A stretch of 58,415 nucleotides of DNA from an uncultured beta proteobacterium (GTDB lineage Bacteria; Pseudomonadota; Gammaproteobacteria; Burkholderiales; Burkholderiaceae): assembly GCA_903837335.1 (NCBI GenBank), contig CAILUH010000163.1, forward strand, positions 1 to 58,415. The letters run 5' to 3'. This document shows positions 21,068 to 32,319 of this stretch, one piece after another (the stretch's first letter is position 1; the number at the start of each line of letters is the position of its first letter). Position numbers and translations under genes: made by a program. The notes beneath the pieces are model-generated. The model searched no databases. It was not told the origin of the DNA and saw nothing but the letters and a program-made list of their open reading frames with translations.

Positions 21068-22774
21068 TTATTGATTTGCTGAAACTAAGGCTTCAATTTG
21101 GCTACTTTCAACTCGGCCCATTAAATGTTGGTAAGGCTGAATGGGATTTTTACTACTTAAGGGCACAGCAATATCCTGCCATTGCTGTGGTGGCAGGTTT
21201 AAAAATTGTTCAACGCGGATCGCGACCTGCGGGAGCACTGGTTTTAAATAAAGACTGAGTGCGCGAAAGGCTTCAAGGGTAACGCTACATACGGTTTGTA
21301 AGTCTGCTTTACGTGTAGGGTCCTTCGCGAGATCCCAAGGTTTTTGCTCATCGACAAACGCATTTACCAAGTCTGCCAATTCCATCGCGAGTCTTAACGC
21401 TTTTGCAAATTCACGTTCTTCATAAAGCGTTGCAATGGGCTCGCTGGCAGCGCGAATTTGCTTAAGCAAAGCATGTGACATAGCAGCATCATGCACTTGC
21501 CCAGCAAATTGCTTGACTAAAAATCCAGCACTACGGCTCGCAATATTGACGTATTTACCAATGAGGTCGCTATTGACACGGGCAATAAAATCTTGCAAAT
21601 TCAGATCTAAATCTTCCATGCTGGCATTTAGCTTGGTAGCAAAGTAATAGCGAAACCATTCTGGATTAAAGCCGGTTTCAATTACGCTATGCGCAGAAAT
21701 TAAGGTGCCACGCGACTTACTCATTTTTTCGCCATCGACTGTCAGAAAGCCATGAGCAAAAATATTGGTTGGTGTTCGATAGCCAGAAAAATGCAGAGTG
21801 GCCGGCCAAAAAAGGGTATGGAAATAAAGGATGTCTTTACCAATAAAATGATACTGCTCGGTGGTGGTGTTGGGCCTTACCCACGCTTCGAAATCCAACC
21901 CCTTTTGTTGGCAGTAATTGAGAAAGCTGGCGTAATAACCAATTGGGGCGTCGAGCCAAACATAAAAATATTTTCCAGGTGCATCAGGAATTTCAAAGCC
22001 AAAATAGGGGGCATCGCGCGAAATATCCCAATCGCTTAATTTACTTTCGCCAGCTTCGCCAACCCACTCTTTCATTTTATTGCGGGCTTCTGCTTGTAAT
22101 GGGGTTTTGACTTGTGTCCATTCGCGTAAAAAAGTTTCACAGCGGGGATCAGACAGTTTGAAGAAATAATGTTCTGAGGCCTTGCGAATTGGTGTCGCGC
22201 CACTGACTACGGAATAAGGCTTGATTAAATCGGTGGGCGCATAGGTGGCGCCACATTTTTCGCAAGAATCACCATATTGATCAACTGCATTGCATTTAGG
22301 GCAATTCCCTTTAATAAAGCGATCGGGCAAAAACATTTCTTTGACAGGATCATAAGCTTGCTCAATCGTGCGCTTTTCAATTAGGCCAGCTTCGCGCAAC
22401 TGAATGTAAATCGCACTTGCGAGGGTTTTATTTTCTGGGCTATCCGTGGTGTAGTAGTTATCAAAAGAAATTTGAAAGGCGTCAAAATCGCGTTTATGTT
22501 CTTGCCAGACTTTGGTAATTAAGGCTTGTGGAGTAATGCCTTCCTGTTCAGCACGCAGCATAATCGGCGTGCCGTGCGTATCATCAGCGCAAACATAGTG
22601 CACTTCATGACCTCTAAGACGTTGAAAGCGCACCCAAATATCGGTTTGCACGTACTCCACTAAATGACCAATATGAATTTGGCCATTGGCATAGGGCAGC
22701 GCAGAGGTGACTAGCATCCGCCGCGACGACTGCGTTTGGGCTGGGGAGGACAAATTGGGCTTGGGGCTACTCAT
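21068..22774 (-). CDS. metG: Methionine--tRNA ligase (short form lacking the C-terminal tRNA-binding domain)
   Basis: ALPYANG.IHIGH, Zn knuckle CPKC/CEKC, KMSKS; 568 aa. Confidence 0.96.
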   Translation of the reverse strand: MSSPKPNLSSPAQTQSSRRMLVTSALPYANGQIHIGHLVEYVQTDIWVRFQRLRGHEVHYVCADDTHGTPIMLRAEQEGITPQALITKVWQEHKRDFDAFQISFDNYYTTDSPENKTLASAIYIQLREAGLIEKRTIEQAYDPVKEMFLPDRFIKGNCPKCNAVDQYGDSCEKCGATYAPTDLIKPYSVVSGATPIRKASEHYFFKLSDPRCETFLREWTQVKTPLQAEARNKMKEWVGEAGESKLSDWDISRDAPYFGFEIPDAPGKYFYVWLDAPIGYYASFLNYCQQKGLDFEAWVRPNTTTEQYHFIGKDILYFHTLFWPATLHFSGYRTPTNIFAHGFLTVDGEKMSKSRGTLISAHSVIETGFNPEWFRYYFATKLNASMEDLDLNLQDFIARVNSDLIGKYVNIASRSAGFLVKQFAGQVHDAAMSHALLKQIRAASEPIATLYEEREFAKALRLAMELADLVNAFVDEQKPWDLAKDPTRKADLQTVCSVTLEAFRALSLYLKPVLPQVAIRVEQFLNLPPQQWQDIAVPLSSKNPIQPYQHLMGRVESSQIEALVSANQ

Positions 22775-22880
22775 ACAGGGTTAATTCACTTCTCTTCATA
22801 TCGGCATAAAGCACTTGGTTGCAAAACCTCAATTATGCTGGGTCAGCAGCAATTTTAGACTGCGGTTAAAGTGATGGGCC

Positions 22881-23717
22881 ATGAGTTCGCAAATCATCCT
22901 CTCAAAAGCCACGGTGCCAGTTGTTCAGGAAGTGGGCATTACAGATGAGCTTGGGCGGAAAAAAACCACTTTCATCCCTTGTGAGCGTTCTCTCACGATT
23001 TATTTAGATAAGCGTGAGGTCGTGACCTTAATGACCCTCGGGGCCGCCCCAGAGGCCTTAGTGCTGGGGTATTTGCTCAATCAACGCTTAGTCGAGTCAC
23101 CCGATGATATTCACAGCATTCAGGTCGATTGGGAGACCGATTCAGCGGCTGTGAAAACGCATCACAACTCGGTGGATATCGATGCCCTGACGAGCAAACG
23201 GGTGGTAACTACCGGTTGCGGACAAGGGACTATGTTTGGTAACTTAATGGAGGATATGCAGCAGATACGTTTGCCTGCTGGTCCCAAGTTAGCCCAAGCA
23301 GCCATTATTTCTCTGCTGGATACAGTCAGAGCCTTTGAGTCGATTTATAAGCAAGCTGGCTCAGTACATGCCTGTGCAGTGTTTGAGCGCCTGGCTGAAG
23401 ATAAGTTAAGCTTGCTGCATTTTGTTGAGGATGTTGGCCGGCACAATGCTGTCGACTCTATTTCTGGCTTGCTTTGGCTTGCGAACCTACCCGGGCGGGA
23501 TTTAGTGTTTTATACAACAGGGCGACTCACTTCTGAGATGGTCATTAAGGGCGCGCAGATGGGCATTCCCTTTCTCTTAACCCGGTCAGGCGTAACTCAA
23601 ATGGGTCTGGAGTTAGCCCAGAAAACCAATTTAACCTTACTAGCGCGTTGCTCAGGCAAGCATTTTGAGATCTATAACGCCGCTGAACGGGTCGTTTTAG
23701 CCAATCCCGCCGGCTAA
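22881..23717 (+). CDS. fdhD: Formate dehydrogenase accessory sulfurtransferase
   Basis: TTGCGQG, GSVHAC, EDVGRHNAVD, TGRLTSEMVIK. Confidence 0.92.
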   Translation: MSSQIILSKATVPVVQEVGITDELGRKKTTFIPCERSLTIYLDKREVVTLMTLGAAPEALVLGYLLNQRLVESPDDIHSIQVDWETDSAAVKTHHNSVDIDALTSKRVVTTGCGQGTMFGNLMEDMQQIRLPAGPKLAQAAIISLLDTVRAFESIYKQAGSVHACAVFERLAEDKLSLLHFVEDVGRHNAVDSISGLLWLANLPGRDLVFYTTGRLTSEMVIKGAQMGIPFLLTRSGVTQMGLELAQKTNLTLLARCSGKHFEIYNAAERVVLANPAG

Positions 23718-23756
23718 TTTACCCCTAGAGGGGCAGGTTGGTTTTACAATGCCGCC

Positions 23757-24323
23757 ATGACTATTAAATCAGATGCCTGGATTCGACGGATGGCTGCAGA
23801 GGGAATGATTAGCCCCTTTGAGCCTGGCCAAGTACGCCTTAACGCAGCGGGGCAAAAAATTGTTAGCTATGGCACTTCAAGCTATGGCTACGATATTCGT
23901 TGCGCAAATGAATTTAAGATTTTTACCAACATCAACAGTACGATTGTTGATCCAAAACAGTTCGATGAAAAATCATTTGTCGATTTTAATGGCGACGTAT
24001 GCATCATCCCGCCCAATTCATTTGCCTTGGCACGCACCGTTGAGTATTTCAAAATTCCGCGCAGCGTATTAACGATTTGCGTTGGCAAAAGTACTTACGC
24101 ACGCTGCGGCATCATTGTTAATGTCACGCCATTTGAGCCAGAGTGGGAGGGTTATGTCACGCTGGAGTTTTCTAATACGACACCGTTGCCTGCAAAAATC
24201 TATGCTGGTGAAGGTTGTGCTCAAGTGCTCTTTTTCGAGAGCGACGAGGTTTGCGAAACTTCGTATAAAGATCGGGGCGGTAAATATCAGGGTCAGCAGG
24301 GCGTAACCCTGCCTAAAGCCTAA
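23757..24323 (+). CDS. dcd: dCTP deaminase
   Basis: [35 protein letters not shown]. Confidence 0.96.
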   Translation: MTIKSDAWIRRMAAEGMISPFEPGQVRLNAAGQKIVSYGTSSYGYDIRCANEFKIFTNINSTIVDPKQFDEKSFVDFNGDVCIIPPNSFALARTVEYFKIPRSVLTICVGKSTYARCGIIVNVTPFEPEWEGYVTLEFSNTTPLPAKIYAGEGCAQVLFFESDEVCETSYKDRGGKYQGQQGVTLPKA

Positions 24324-24373
24324 CTAAGTCTAACTAAGCCTAAGCAGTCTTAACAACGCATTAGAAAGTCGCC

Positions 24374-26644
24374 ATGAAATTTCGCTTTCCAATTATTATT
24401 ATTGATGAAGACTTTCGTTCCGAAAACATCTCCGGTTCTGGTATTCGCGATCTAGCTGAAGCAATTGAGGGTGAAGGTATCGAAGTGATTGGCCTAACCA
24501 GTTATGGCGATCTCACTTCATTTGCCCAGCAAGCTTCGCGGGCCTCCTGTTTTATTTTGTCGATTGACGATGAAGAGTTTTTAACTGACTCCGAGAGCAA
24601 CGAATTGCCAGCGTTAAATAATTTGCGCGCTTTTATTGTCGAGGTACGTAAACGCAACGAAGATATTCCGATTTTCTTGTATGGCGAGACCCGCACTTCG
24701 CGCCATATGCCAAATGACATCTTACGCGAATTACATGGCTTCATTCATATGAATGAAGATACACCTGAGTTTGTAGCCCGCCATATTATTCGTGAAGCTA
24801 AGGTCTACCTCGATTCATTATCGCCACCGTTCTTTAAGGCACTAACCCATTACGCCTCGGAAGGTTCTTATTCTTGGCATTGCCCCGGCCATTCTGGTGG
24901 CGTTGCTTTTCTTAAAAGTCCAGTGGGACGTATGTTCCACCAATTCTTTGGTGAGAATATGTTGCGGGCCGACGTCTGCAATGCGGTAGAAGAATTGGGT
25001 CAACTCTTAGACCATACCGGACCTGTATTAGCTAGCGAACGCAATGCCGCCCGTATTTTTGGTGCCGATCATTTATTTTTTGTCACCAACGGCACTTCAA
25101 CATCAAACAAAATTGTTTGGCATTCTACGGTTGCTCCTGGCGATGTAGTGCTAGTCGATCGCAATTGCCATAAGTCGGTTATTCACGCCATTACGATGAT
25201 GGGAGCGATACCCGTTTTCTTAATGCCTACCCGTAATCATTTGGGCATTATTGGCCCTATTCCTAAAGAAGAGTTTGAGTGGGTCAACATTAAAAAGAAA
25301 ATTGATGCAAACCCATTCATTAAAGATAAGAATGTGATTCCCCGCGTCATGACCTTAACGCAAAGCACCTACGACGGCATTATTTATAACGTTGAGATGA
25401 TTAAAGCCATGCTCGATGGCAAAGTCGATTCTTTACATTTTGATGAAGCTTGGTTGCCCCATGCTGCTTTTCATCCCTTCTATAAAAACATGCATGCCGT
25501 AGGTGATGATCAGCCGCGACCGAAAAAGAGCTTGCTGTTTTCTACGCAATCAACCCATAAATTGTTGGCCGGCTTATCGCAAGCATCGCAAGTCTTAGTG
25601 CAAGATGCGGAAGAACGGAAGTTAGATCGCGAGTCTTTCAATGAGGCTTATTTAATGCACACCTCTACGAGCCCACAGTACGCCATCATTGCTTCTTGTG
25701 ACGTCTCAGCGGCGATGATGGAGTCGCCAGGCGGTACAACTTTGGTTGAGGAGTCGATTGCAGAAGCAATGGACTTCCGCCGCGCTATGCGTGAAGTAGA
25801 TGCAAAATTTGGCGCAGACTGGTGGTTTCAGGTGTGGGGCCCAGACCAAATTGCGGAAGAAGGTATTGGTGAGCGCGCGGATTGGATCTTGCAGCCCAAT
25901 GCGCAGTGGCATGACTTTGGTAATTTGGCGCCTGACTTCAATATGCTTGACCCAATTAAAGCCACAGTAGTCACTCCCGGCTTAAATATCGAAGGGGTGT
26001 TTGGCGAAATGGGCATTCCAGCTGCTATTGTCACCAAATATTTAGCGGAACATGGCGTGATTGTGGAGAAGTGCGGGCTCTATTCTTTCTTCATTATGTT
26101 TACGATTGGCATTACCAAGGGCCGCTGGAATACCCTCGTTACAGAACTGCAACAATTTAAAGATCATTTTGAAAAAAATCAGCCCTTATGGAAAGTCTTG
26201 CCTGAGTTCGTTGCCAAATATCCACTGTATGAGCGCATTGGCTTAAAAGAAATTTCTGCGCAAATTCATGATTTTTATAAAAGCCATGATGTTGCAAGAA
26301 TGACCACGGAAATGTATACCTCGGATATGGTACCCGCCATGGTACCTGCTGAGGCATGGGCCAAGATGGCGCATAAGGAAGTGGATCGGGTGTCGATTGA
26401 TGATTTAGAAGGACGCGTTACCGCCATGCTGGTGACGCCTTATCCACCGGGCATTCCTCTTTTGATTCCCGGGGAGCGGTTTAATCGCCGTATTGTTGAT
26501 TACCTCAAATTTGCCCGTGACTTTAATAAGCGCTTCCCAGGTTTTGAGACCGATGTACATGGCTTAGTGAAACGTGAGGTCGATGGACACAGCGAATATT
26601 TCGTTGACTGCGTAAAAACTACCGCCGTAAAACAACTAAGCTAA
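24374..26644 (+). CDS. Orn/Lys/Arg decarboxylase (wing-domain PLP type)
   Basis: HCPGHSGG, VTNGTSTSNK, DRNCHKS, HFDEAW, PLP site STQSTHKLL, PYPPGIP. Confidence 0.92.
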   Translation: MKFRFPIIIIDEDFRSENISGSGIRDLAEAIEGEGIEVIGLTSYGDLTSFAQQASRASCFILSIDDEEFLTDSESNELPALNNLRAFIVEVRKRNEDIPIFLYGETRTSRHMPNDILRELHGFIHMNEDTPEFVARHIIREAKVYLDSLSPPFFKALTHYASEGSYSWHCPGHSGGVAFLKSPVGRMFHQFFGENMLRADVCNAVEELGQLLDHTGPVLASERNAARIFGADHLFFVTNGTSTSNKIVWHSTVAPGDVVLVDRNCHKSVIHAITMMGAIPVFLMPTRNHLGIIGPIPKEEFEWVNIKKKIDANPFIKDKNVIPRVMTLTQSTYDGIIYNVEMIKAMLDGKVDSLHFDEAWLPHAAFHPFYKNMHAVGDDQPRPKKSLLFSTQSTHKLLAGLSQASQVLVQDAEERKLDRESFNEAYLMHTSTSPQYAIIASCDVSAAMMESPGGTTLVEESIAEAMDFRRAMREVDAKFGADWWFQVWGPDQIAEEGIGERADWILQPNAQWHDFGNLAPDFNMLDPIKATVVTPGLNIEGVFGEMGIPAAIVTKYLAEHGVIVEKCGLYSFFIMFTIGITKGRWNTLVTELQQFKDHFEKNQPLWKVLPEFVAKYPLYERIGLKEISAQIHDFYKSHDVARMTTEMYTSDMVPAMVPAEAWAKMAHKEVDRVSIDDLEGRVTAMLVTPYPPGIPLLIPGERFNRRIVDYLKFARDFNKRFPGFETDVHGLVKREVDGHSEYFVDCVKTTAVKQLS

Positions 26645-26645
26645 G

Positions 26646-28070
26646 TTAGCTTGCTAAGTCGGCCCGCGCTTGCTTAATAGCGGCAAGCACTTGTTTTGGC
26701 GCAGTTCCGCCGAGATGAGCGCGAGCCTCAACAGAACCCTGCACTTGCAATAAAGCAAATACATCTTCAGTCAATAAATTCGGCTGGCCCTGTAAGCCGC
26801 AGGCGCTTTGCAATTCAGCTAAGGTGAGCGCGTCAAGAGCGCACGACCGATTAACGCACGTTTTCACCGCAAGGGCTACTGCCTCATGCGCATCGCGAAA
26901 TGGCAAACCCTTTTTAACTAAATAATCAGCTAGATCGGTTGCCGTAGAAAAGCCTTGTTCAGCTGCCGCTAACATCACTGGCGCATTGACCACAATATGC
27001 GGCACGAGATCGGCAAAAATACGCAGTGTATCGAGCAGCGTATCTGCCGCATCAAAGAGCGGCTCTTTATCTTCCTGGTTATCTTTGTTATAGGCTAGAG
27101 GTTGGCTTTTCATCAGGGTTAAGAGGGCGATGAGATCACCATAAACCCGACCTGTTTTGCCGCGTGCTAATTCAGGTACATCAGGATTTTTCTTTTGCGG
27201 CATGATTGAGCTACCAGTACAAAAGCGATCGGGAAGATCAATAAAGCCAAAGCGCGGACTTAACCAGAGCACTAGCTCTTCGGCAAAGCGTGAAATATGC
27301 ATCATGCAAGTGGCAGCGACTGCGCAAAACTCAATTGCAAAATCACGATCAGATACTGCGTCTAAAGAATTGCGGCAAAGACCATCAAACCCAAGTGCTT
27401 TTGCGACCTGCAGACGATCAATCGGATAACTAGTTCCAGCTAAAGCTGCCGCACCCAGCGGCAATTGATTAAGGCGTTTACGGCAATCGGCCAGTCGACT
27501 TGTATCGCGACTAAACATTTCATAGTAAGCCAACATGTGATGCCCAAAGGTAACGGGTTGCGCCACTTGTAAGTGTGTATGACCGGGCATGATGACTGCA
27601 GCATGTTGCTCGGCTAAATTGAGAAAAGCCGTGCGCAGTTGAGTGAGTGCCTCAGCCGTGTCATCGATAGTCGCGCGCAAAAAGAGTCGCAAATCGGTGG
27701 CTACTTGATCGTTGCGTGAACGACCAGTATGGAGTCGTTTTCCCGCATCGCCAGCTAACTCGATCAGACGGGCTTCGATATTCAAGTGCACATCTTCCAA
27801 AGCCAGTTGCCATTGAAATTGACCTGCGGCAATTTCACTGCGAATCTGCGCCATACCCGCTTCTATAGCCGCTAAGTCTGCTGCGCTAATAATCTTTTGT
27901 TGTGCCAACATAGCGGCATGCGCTAAGGATGCCGTGATATCCACTTGCGCAAGGCGGTGGTCAAAACCAATCGAGGCGGTATAGCGTTGCACCAGCGCAT
28001 CAACGGGTTCTGTAAACCGTCCTGACCAGGCTTGGGCTTTATTGGCAAGGGAATTTTTAGATGAGCTCAT
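26646..28070 (-). CDS. argH: Argininosuccinate lyase
   Basis: [33 protein letters not shown] 28070 chosen as start. Confidence 0.96.
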   Translation of the reverse strand: MSSSKNSLANKAQAWSGRFTEPVDALVQRYTASIGFDHRLAQVDITASLAHAAMLAQQKIISAADLAAIEAGMAQIRSEIAAGQFQWQLALEDVHLNIEARLIELAGDAGKRLHTGRSRNDQVATDLRLFLRATIDDTAEALTQLRTAFLNLAEQHAAVIMPGHTHLQVAQPVTFGHHMLAYYEMFSRDTSRLADCRKRLNQLPLGAAALAGTSYPIDRLQVAKALGFDGLCRNSLDAVSDRDFAIEFCAVAATCMMHISRFAEELVLWLSPRFGFIDLPDRFCTGSSIMPQKKNPDVPELARGKTGRVYGDLIALLTLMKSQPLAYNKDNQEDKEPLFDAADTLLDTLRIFADLVPHIVVNAPVMLAAAEQGFSTATDLADYLVKKGLPFRDAHEAVALAVKTCVNRSCALDALTLAELQSACGLQGQPNLLTEDVFALLQVQGSVEARAHLGGTAPKQVLAAIKQARADLAS

Positions 28071-28114
28071 AAACACAGTATATTGTGGCAAGTTATGTTG
28101 ATATTTTAATTCCG

Positions 28115-29062
28115 ATGCAGACCAATCCTAACCCCCTCAGTTTAACCATTGCTTCACGTGAAAGCCGCCTAGCAATGTGGCAGGCCGAATATGTCCGTGA
28201 TTGCTTACAAAGCCTCTATCCTGAGTGCGTCATCACCATTTTAGGTATGACCACCCGCGGCGACCAGATTTTGGACCAATCTCTCTCAAAAGTGGGCGGC
28301 AAAGGCCTATTTGTCAAGGAATTAGAGACCGCCCTTGAAGATGGCAGGGCTGATTTAGCAGTTCATTCGCTCAAAGATGTGCCGATGAATATGCCCGAGG
28401 GGTTCGAGCTGGCTTGCGTGATGGAACGAGAAGAGGCTCGCGATGCCTTGGTCTCGAATGACTATCAATCCCTTGATGATTTACCCAAGGGCGCCATTGT
28501 GGGAACTTCAAGCCTGCGTCGCGAAGCGGTCTTACGCGCCTCATACCCACATTTACAGATTCAGTCTTTACGGGGTAATTTAGACACCCGTTTAGGTAAA
28601 TTAGATCAAGGTCAATATCACGCCATCATTTTGGCTGCTGCAGGCCTTAAGCGTTTAGGCTTAGCTGCGCGGATTAAAGCACTCTTACCACTCGATCCAT
28701 TTACGCCTGCGGCAGGTCAGGGTGCACTCGGAATTGAAATTCATTCCCGTAACACTGCAATGCGGGCGATCTTGGCGCCTTTAAATGACCCTGCTACTTG
28801 GTTGGCAGTCAGTGCCGAGCGGATGGTATCTCGCCAATTGGGCGGCTCTTGTCAGGTCCCCTTAGCAGCACATGCAGTATGGAATGGCGCTCAATTAGAG
28901 CTACGTTCTTTTGTGGCGAGCCCCGATGGGTTACAAATCTGTGAAGCTGCCGCCAGTAGTCCAGTTGTCGATTTAGTGATGGCTGAAGTGCTAGGCCTAA
29001 AGGTGGCAGACGATTTAATTTTGCAGGGTGCAGCCGCATTGATTCCTGCGCCATTGCCCTAG
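28115..29062 (+). CDS. hemC: Hydroxymethylbilane synthase
   Basis: [50 protein letters not shown]. Confidence 0.96.
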   Translation: MQTNPNPLSLTIASRESRLAMWQAEYVRDCLQSLYPECVITILGMTTRGDQILDQSLSKVGGKGLFVKELETALEDGRADLAVHSLKDVPMNMPEGFELACVMEREEARDALVSNDYQSLDDLPKGAIVGTSSLRREAVLRASYPHLQIQSLRGNLDTRLGKLDQGQYHAIILAAAGLKRLGLAARIKALLPLDPFTPAAGQGALGIEIHSRNTAMRAILAPLNDPATWLAVSAERMVSRQLGGSCQVPLAAHAVWNGAQLELRSFVASPDGLQICEAAASSPVVDLVMAEVLGLKVADDLILQGAAALIPAPLP

Positions 29063-29083
29063 GCTTTTTGGTTGAATTGGGTC

Positions 29084-29956
29084 ATGAGCGCCTTAACGAT
29101 TGCCCCGACCATTATTGTGACGCGTCCGATTGGGCAGGCACAACAATTAATTGCGCAATTGCAAACTGCCTTATCTACAGCGCCGAACCCAATAGCGCAG
29201 CAGACTACCGTATTAGCTTTACCGCTACTTAAAATTATTCCCAAATCCGATTTTCAATTACAAGTTGATATCCCCGCGGCAATCAGTCAGGCTGATCTGG
29301 TTATTTTTGTTAGCCCAAATGCCATTGAGTGCGGCATGCGTTTACTTAGCGCTCCTTGGCATGAATTAGCGCCGATGCAGTTGCGAGTTGGAGTGATGGG
29401 CGAAAGTAGTAAAAAATCACTCTTGCAGCATGGGGTCGATTCCCAAATGATTTTGTTGCCACGAAATCCCCAGCAGTGGGATTCAGAAGGTTTATGGCAG
29501 ACATTGCAAGCAGAGCAAAAAAAACACGATTGGGATTGGACTGAACGCCGAGTCATTATTTTTAAAGGGGATGGCGGCCGTGAATGGTTGGCCGATACTT
29601 TATTGGCGGCGGGAGCACAGCTAGAAACTTTTGCGGTATACAGCCGAGTACCTTTAGAAAAATCACACCCATTATGGCAAGCAATTCAGGTAAATCCTAG
29701 GGATAAAAAGCTTTGGCTACTAACTTCTTCTGAGGCTGTACGTTATTTAGGGCAGTCCGATAAAGATCAGGTAGCGCTAAATTTACAGCTGGCAAGCGCT
29801 TTATGTCCGCATCAAAATATCGCGACGCTAGCTAGCGAAATTGGTTTTGGTGACGTACGACTCTGCGAGTCGGGCGACGCTGCTTTAATTAAAGCAAGTT
29901 TGCAGTGGGTGGAGGAGCTAGCAGTAGAAGTAGACCCGGTAAAAATAATTCGCTAA
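29084..29956 (+). CDS. hemD: Uroporphyrinogen-III synthase
   Basis: IVTRP, IFVSPNA, DSEGL, GDGGREWL, LTSSEA; follows hemC. Confidence 0.88.
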   Translation: MSALTIAPTIIVTRPIGQAQQLIAQLQTALSTAPNPIAQQTTVLALPLLKIIPKSDFQLQVDIPAAISQADLVIFVSPNAIECGMRLLSAPWHELAPMQLRVGVMGESSKKSLLQHGVDSQMILLPRNPQQWDSEGLWQTLQAEQKKHDWDWTERRVIIFKGDGGREWLADTLLAAGAQLETFAVYSRVPLEKSHPLWQAIQVNPRDKKLWLLTSSEAVRYLGQSDKDQVALNLQLASALCPHQNIATLASEIGFGDVRLCESGDAALIKASLQWVEELAVEVDPVKIIR

Positions 29957-30500
29957 CTAACAGCGGATGACCGTTAAGGAAATACATCGTGCGCCGGGCC
30001 CACAACTGCGGAGGAAGCCCGGGGTATTTTTTTTGACAAGCACGCCAGATAGCTTGCTTGCGGTTGAGGCGGGCAATATGGCGGACAGTTTTGCTGCTGA
30101 TGCCATAGGTATTGGCAAATAAAACTGCGCCTAAGGGCTTATTGCCTAACTTTAAAATGCGGCGGTTATGCCCCCCTGAGCTAGTACTTGGAATGACGCT
30201 GCGCGCCACCACTACCGGTATACCTTGAACACAAAGCAGCACTTCTCGCACGCGACAACGCTGCAGTGGTTTTTTAAATAAACGGGATTCTTCAGGTAAA
30301 ACATGTTGTAGTTCATCGGCTAGCACGATGACCTCTAAACGCTGAGCACTAGCCAATTCAATTTTTTTGGTCAGCGAGCCACTGTCACTAAGCCAGTCTT
30401 GCCAAGCGGGTGGTGCACGATGCAGACCACCTTTGGCGCGTAAGGCACCACCAGAATCGACCCGATTCCATGCAGAACGGAGACGATTGTGGTGGGTCAA
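29889..30500 (-). CDS. ubiC: Chorismate pyruvate-lyase
   Basis: WL...GSLT, REVLL, ARSVIP, LGNKPLG..LF, WARR, LLVSELFLP. Confidence 0.88.
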   Translation of the reverse strand: MTHHNRLRSAWNRVDSGGALRAKGGLHRAPPAWQDWLSDSGSLTKKIELASAQRLEVIVLADELQHVLPEESRLFKKPLQRCRVREVLLCVQGIPVVVARSVIPSTSSGGHNRRILKLGNKPLGAVLFANTYGISSKTVRHIARLNRKQAIWRACQKKYPGLPPQLWARRTMYFLNGHPLLVSELFLPGLLLLLAPPPTANLL

Positions 30501-30502
30501 GA

Positions 30503-32050
30503 TTAACTACTGCTATAGGATTTGCGCGGCGCGCCTGATTTGGGTTTAGCAAATTTGGGGCCAGTGCGATTATCGGTTGGTCGAGCAGAACGCGATTCTG
30601 GACGCGAGTCTGAACGTGAAGCATAACCACCCGTGGTGGCTTTGCCAGCATAGCCACCGCCGCCACCCGTTTTACCGGCATATCCACCAGTGCTAGTTTT
30701 GCCAGCATAGCCACCGCCACCGCCGCCGCCACCAGAGCGTCCACCTCCAGCGCCAGTGCGACCACCAGGTCTGCCACCACCGCCGCCACCAGAGCGACCA
30801 CGTCCACCACCAGGTCGGCCAGAGCCAGCATTGGGGTTAGCAGTGGGCTCAAGGCCCGCAATGACCGATGATGGAATATCTTGTTGGGTAAAGCGCTCAA
30901 TTGCTCTGATCTTGACGCGATCACGATGTTCAACCAAAGTAATCGCAGTGCCATTACGACCAGCACGACCCGTTCTACCAATCCGATGGGTATAGTCTTC
31001 GGGTTTCATTGGCAGGCCAAAATTAATCACGTGACTAATGCGGGGTACGTCAATGCCGCGAGCAGCAACATCGGTGGCCACCAAAATTTTAGTATGGCCT
31101 TTACGCAACGAATCTAAGCGCCGCATACGCACTGCTTGGGGCATTGCGCCGTGTAAAGCGCTGGCTTCATAACCATTCGCGCGCAAGGTGTCAGCAATTT
31201 TTTCGCTTTCCACTTGGGTGCTAGCAAAAACCACAGCTTGATCTAACTCAGGATCCGACAGCAAGTGGGCGAGCAAGCGATGCTTGTGCGCCATGTTATC
31301 GGCCCAATGTAATTTTTGCGCAATATTGGCGTGGACATCACCAGCATGGGCTAATTCAATACGACCAGCTTGTTTGGTTAAGCGGGTTGCTAATGACATT
31401 ACTTTAGGATCAAAGGTTGCTGAAAACATCAAGGTTTGCTTGCGACCACGGCATAGCTGGTCAATGGCTTCGAGATCGTCAGCAAAACCCATATCGAGCA
31501 TGCGATCAGCTTCATCAATCACTAATTGTTGAACATCATCTAAACGCAGTGCGCGCGTTTTATTCAAATCCAGTAAGCGACCTGGAGTAGCCACAACTAA
31601 AAGGGCGCCTTTAAGCGCTTGGATTTGTTTGCCATAGGGCATACCACCCATGACGATAGCAATGCGGATGCCTTTAATGCCGCGTGATAAATTAATCGCA
31701 TCGGCAGCAACTTGTTGCGCTAATTCACGGGTTGGGCAAAGCACTAACACTTTCGGTTGTGCGCGACCAGGTACAGGTGAACCATGGGGGTTGCTAGCCA
31801 CCAATTGATGTAAGAGGGGTAATAAAAAGGCAGCGGTTTTTCCACTACCAGTTTGGCTGCTTACTAACCAGTCGCCACCACTCATTGCAGCAGGAATAAC
31901 CTGTGCTTGGACAGGGGTCGCAGCAGTAAAGCCTAAGCTAGTAACATTGTTAAGCAGGGGCTCTGCTAAACCAAAAGAGGCAAACAAAGTTGGCTCTAAA
32001 GGATTCTTACCTTTGCTAGGCACGTGGGTTGTTTCATTTGTGTAAGTCAT
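30503..32050 (-). CDS. DEAD-box RNA helicase with Gly/Arg-rich C-terminal tail
   Basis: SQTGSGKT, PTRELA, TPGRL, DEAD, SAT, HRIGRTGR. Confidence 0.95.
   Translation of the reverse strand: MTYTNETTHVPSKGKNPLEPTLFASFGLAEPLLNNVTSLGFTAATPVQAQVIPAAMSGGDWLVSSQTGSGKTAAFLLPLLHQLVASNPHGSPVPGRAQPKVLVLCPTRELAQQVAADAINLSRGIKGIRIAIVMGGMPYGKQIQALKGALLVVATPGRLLDLNKTRALRLDDVQQLVIDEADRMLDMGFADDLEAIDQLCRGRKQTLMFSATFDPKVMSLATRLTKQAGRIELAHAGDVHANIAQKLHWADNMAHKHRLLAHLLSDPELDQAVVFASTQVESEKIADTLRANGYEASALHGAMPQAVRMRRLDSLRKGHTKILVATDVAARGIDVPRISHVINFGLPMKPEDYTHRIGRTGRAGRNGTAITLVEHRDRVKIRAIERFTQQDIPSSVIAGLEPTANPNAGSGRPGGGRGRSGGGGGGRPGGRTGAGGGRSGGGGGGGGYAGKTSTGGYAGKTGGGGGYAGKATTGGYASRSDSRPESRSARPTDNRTGPKFAKPKSGAPRKSYSSS
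30620..30830 (-). repeat. Imperfect coding repeats (GGYAGK x3, GGRSGGGGG x2) in the helicase tail
   Basis: Repeated ccagcatagccacc and ccgccaccagagcg units. Confidence 0.7.
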
Positions 32051-32274
32051 GTCTTCACATCCCGTTGGGGATGTCTCCGGTTGTGCGCTTCGGTTGTTCT
32101 CTCAATGAGATACGCGAGCGCGATGGTCTATATAAGGCATCGACCATCAGACAAGCGGCAGCGGGGCTATAAACACAATTTTTAAGCAACTTTGAACTAC
32201 AGTAGTGCTGAATATGTGAAGCAAAATCGCTGAAATGTGTAAATTGCTGGGGGCGATGTTTCAAAAAGCCTCCT

Positions 32275-32303
32275 ATTATGGCAGATTTGATCAATTAAAG
32301 CAA
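32275..32303 (-). promoter_or_regulatory. Putative sigma70 promoter of the DEAD-box helicase gene
   Basis: Minus strand TTGCTT-N17-CATAAT, about 220 nt upstream of the ATG. Confidence 0.55.
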
Positions 32304-32319
32304 GGGTATATCACTAGAG

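Noticed and set aside
30388-30981. 197-aa Val/Ala-rich ORF
   Set aside because: Alternate-frame product of the Gly-rich repeats in the helicase tail.
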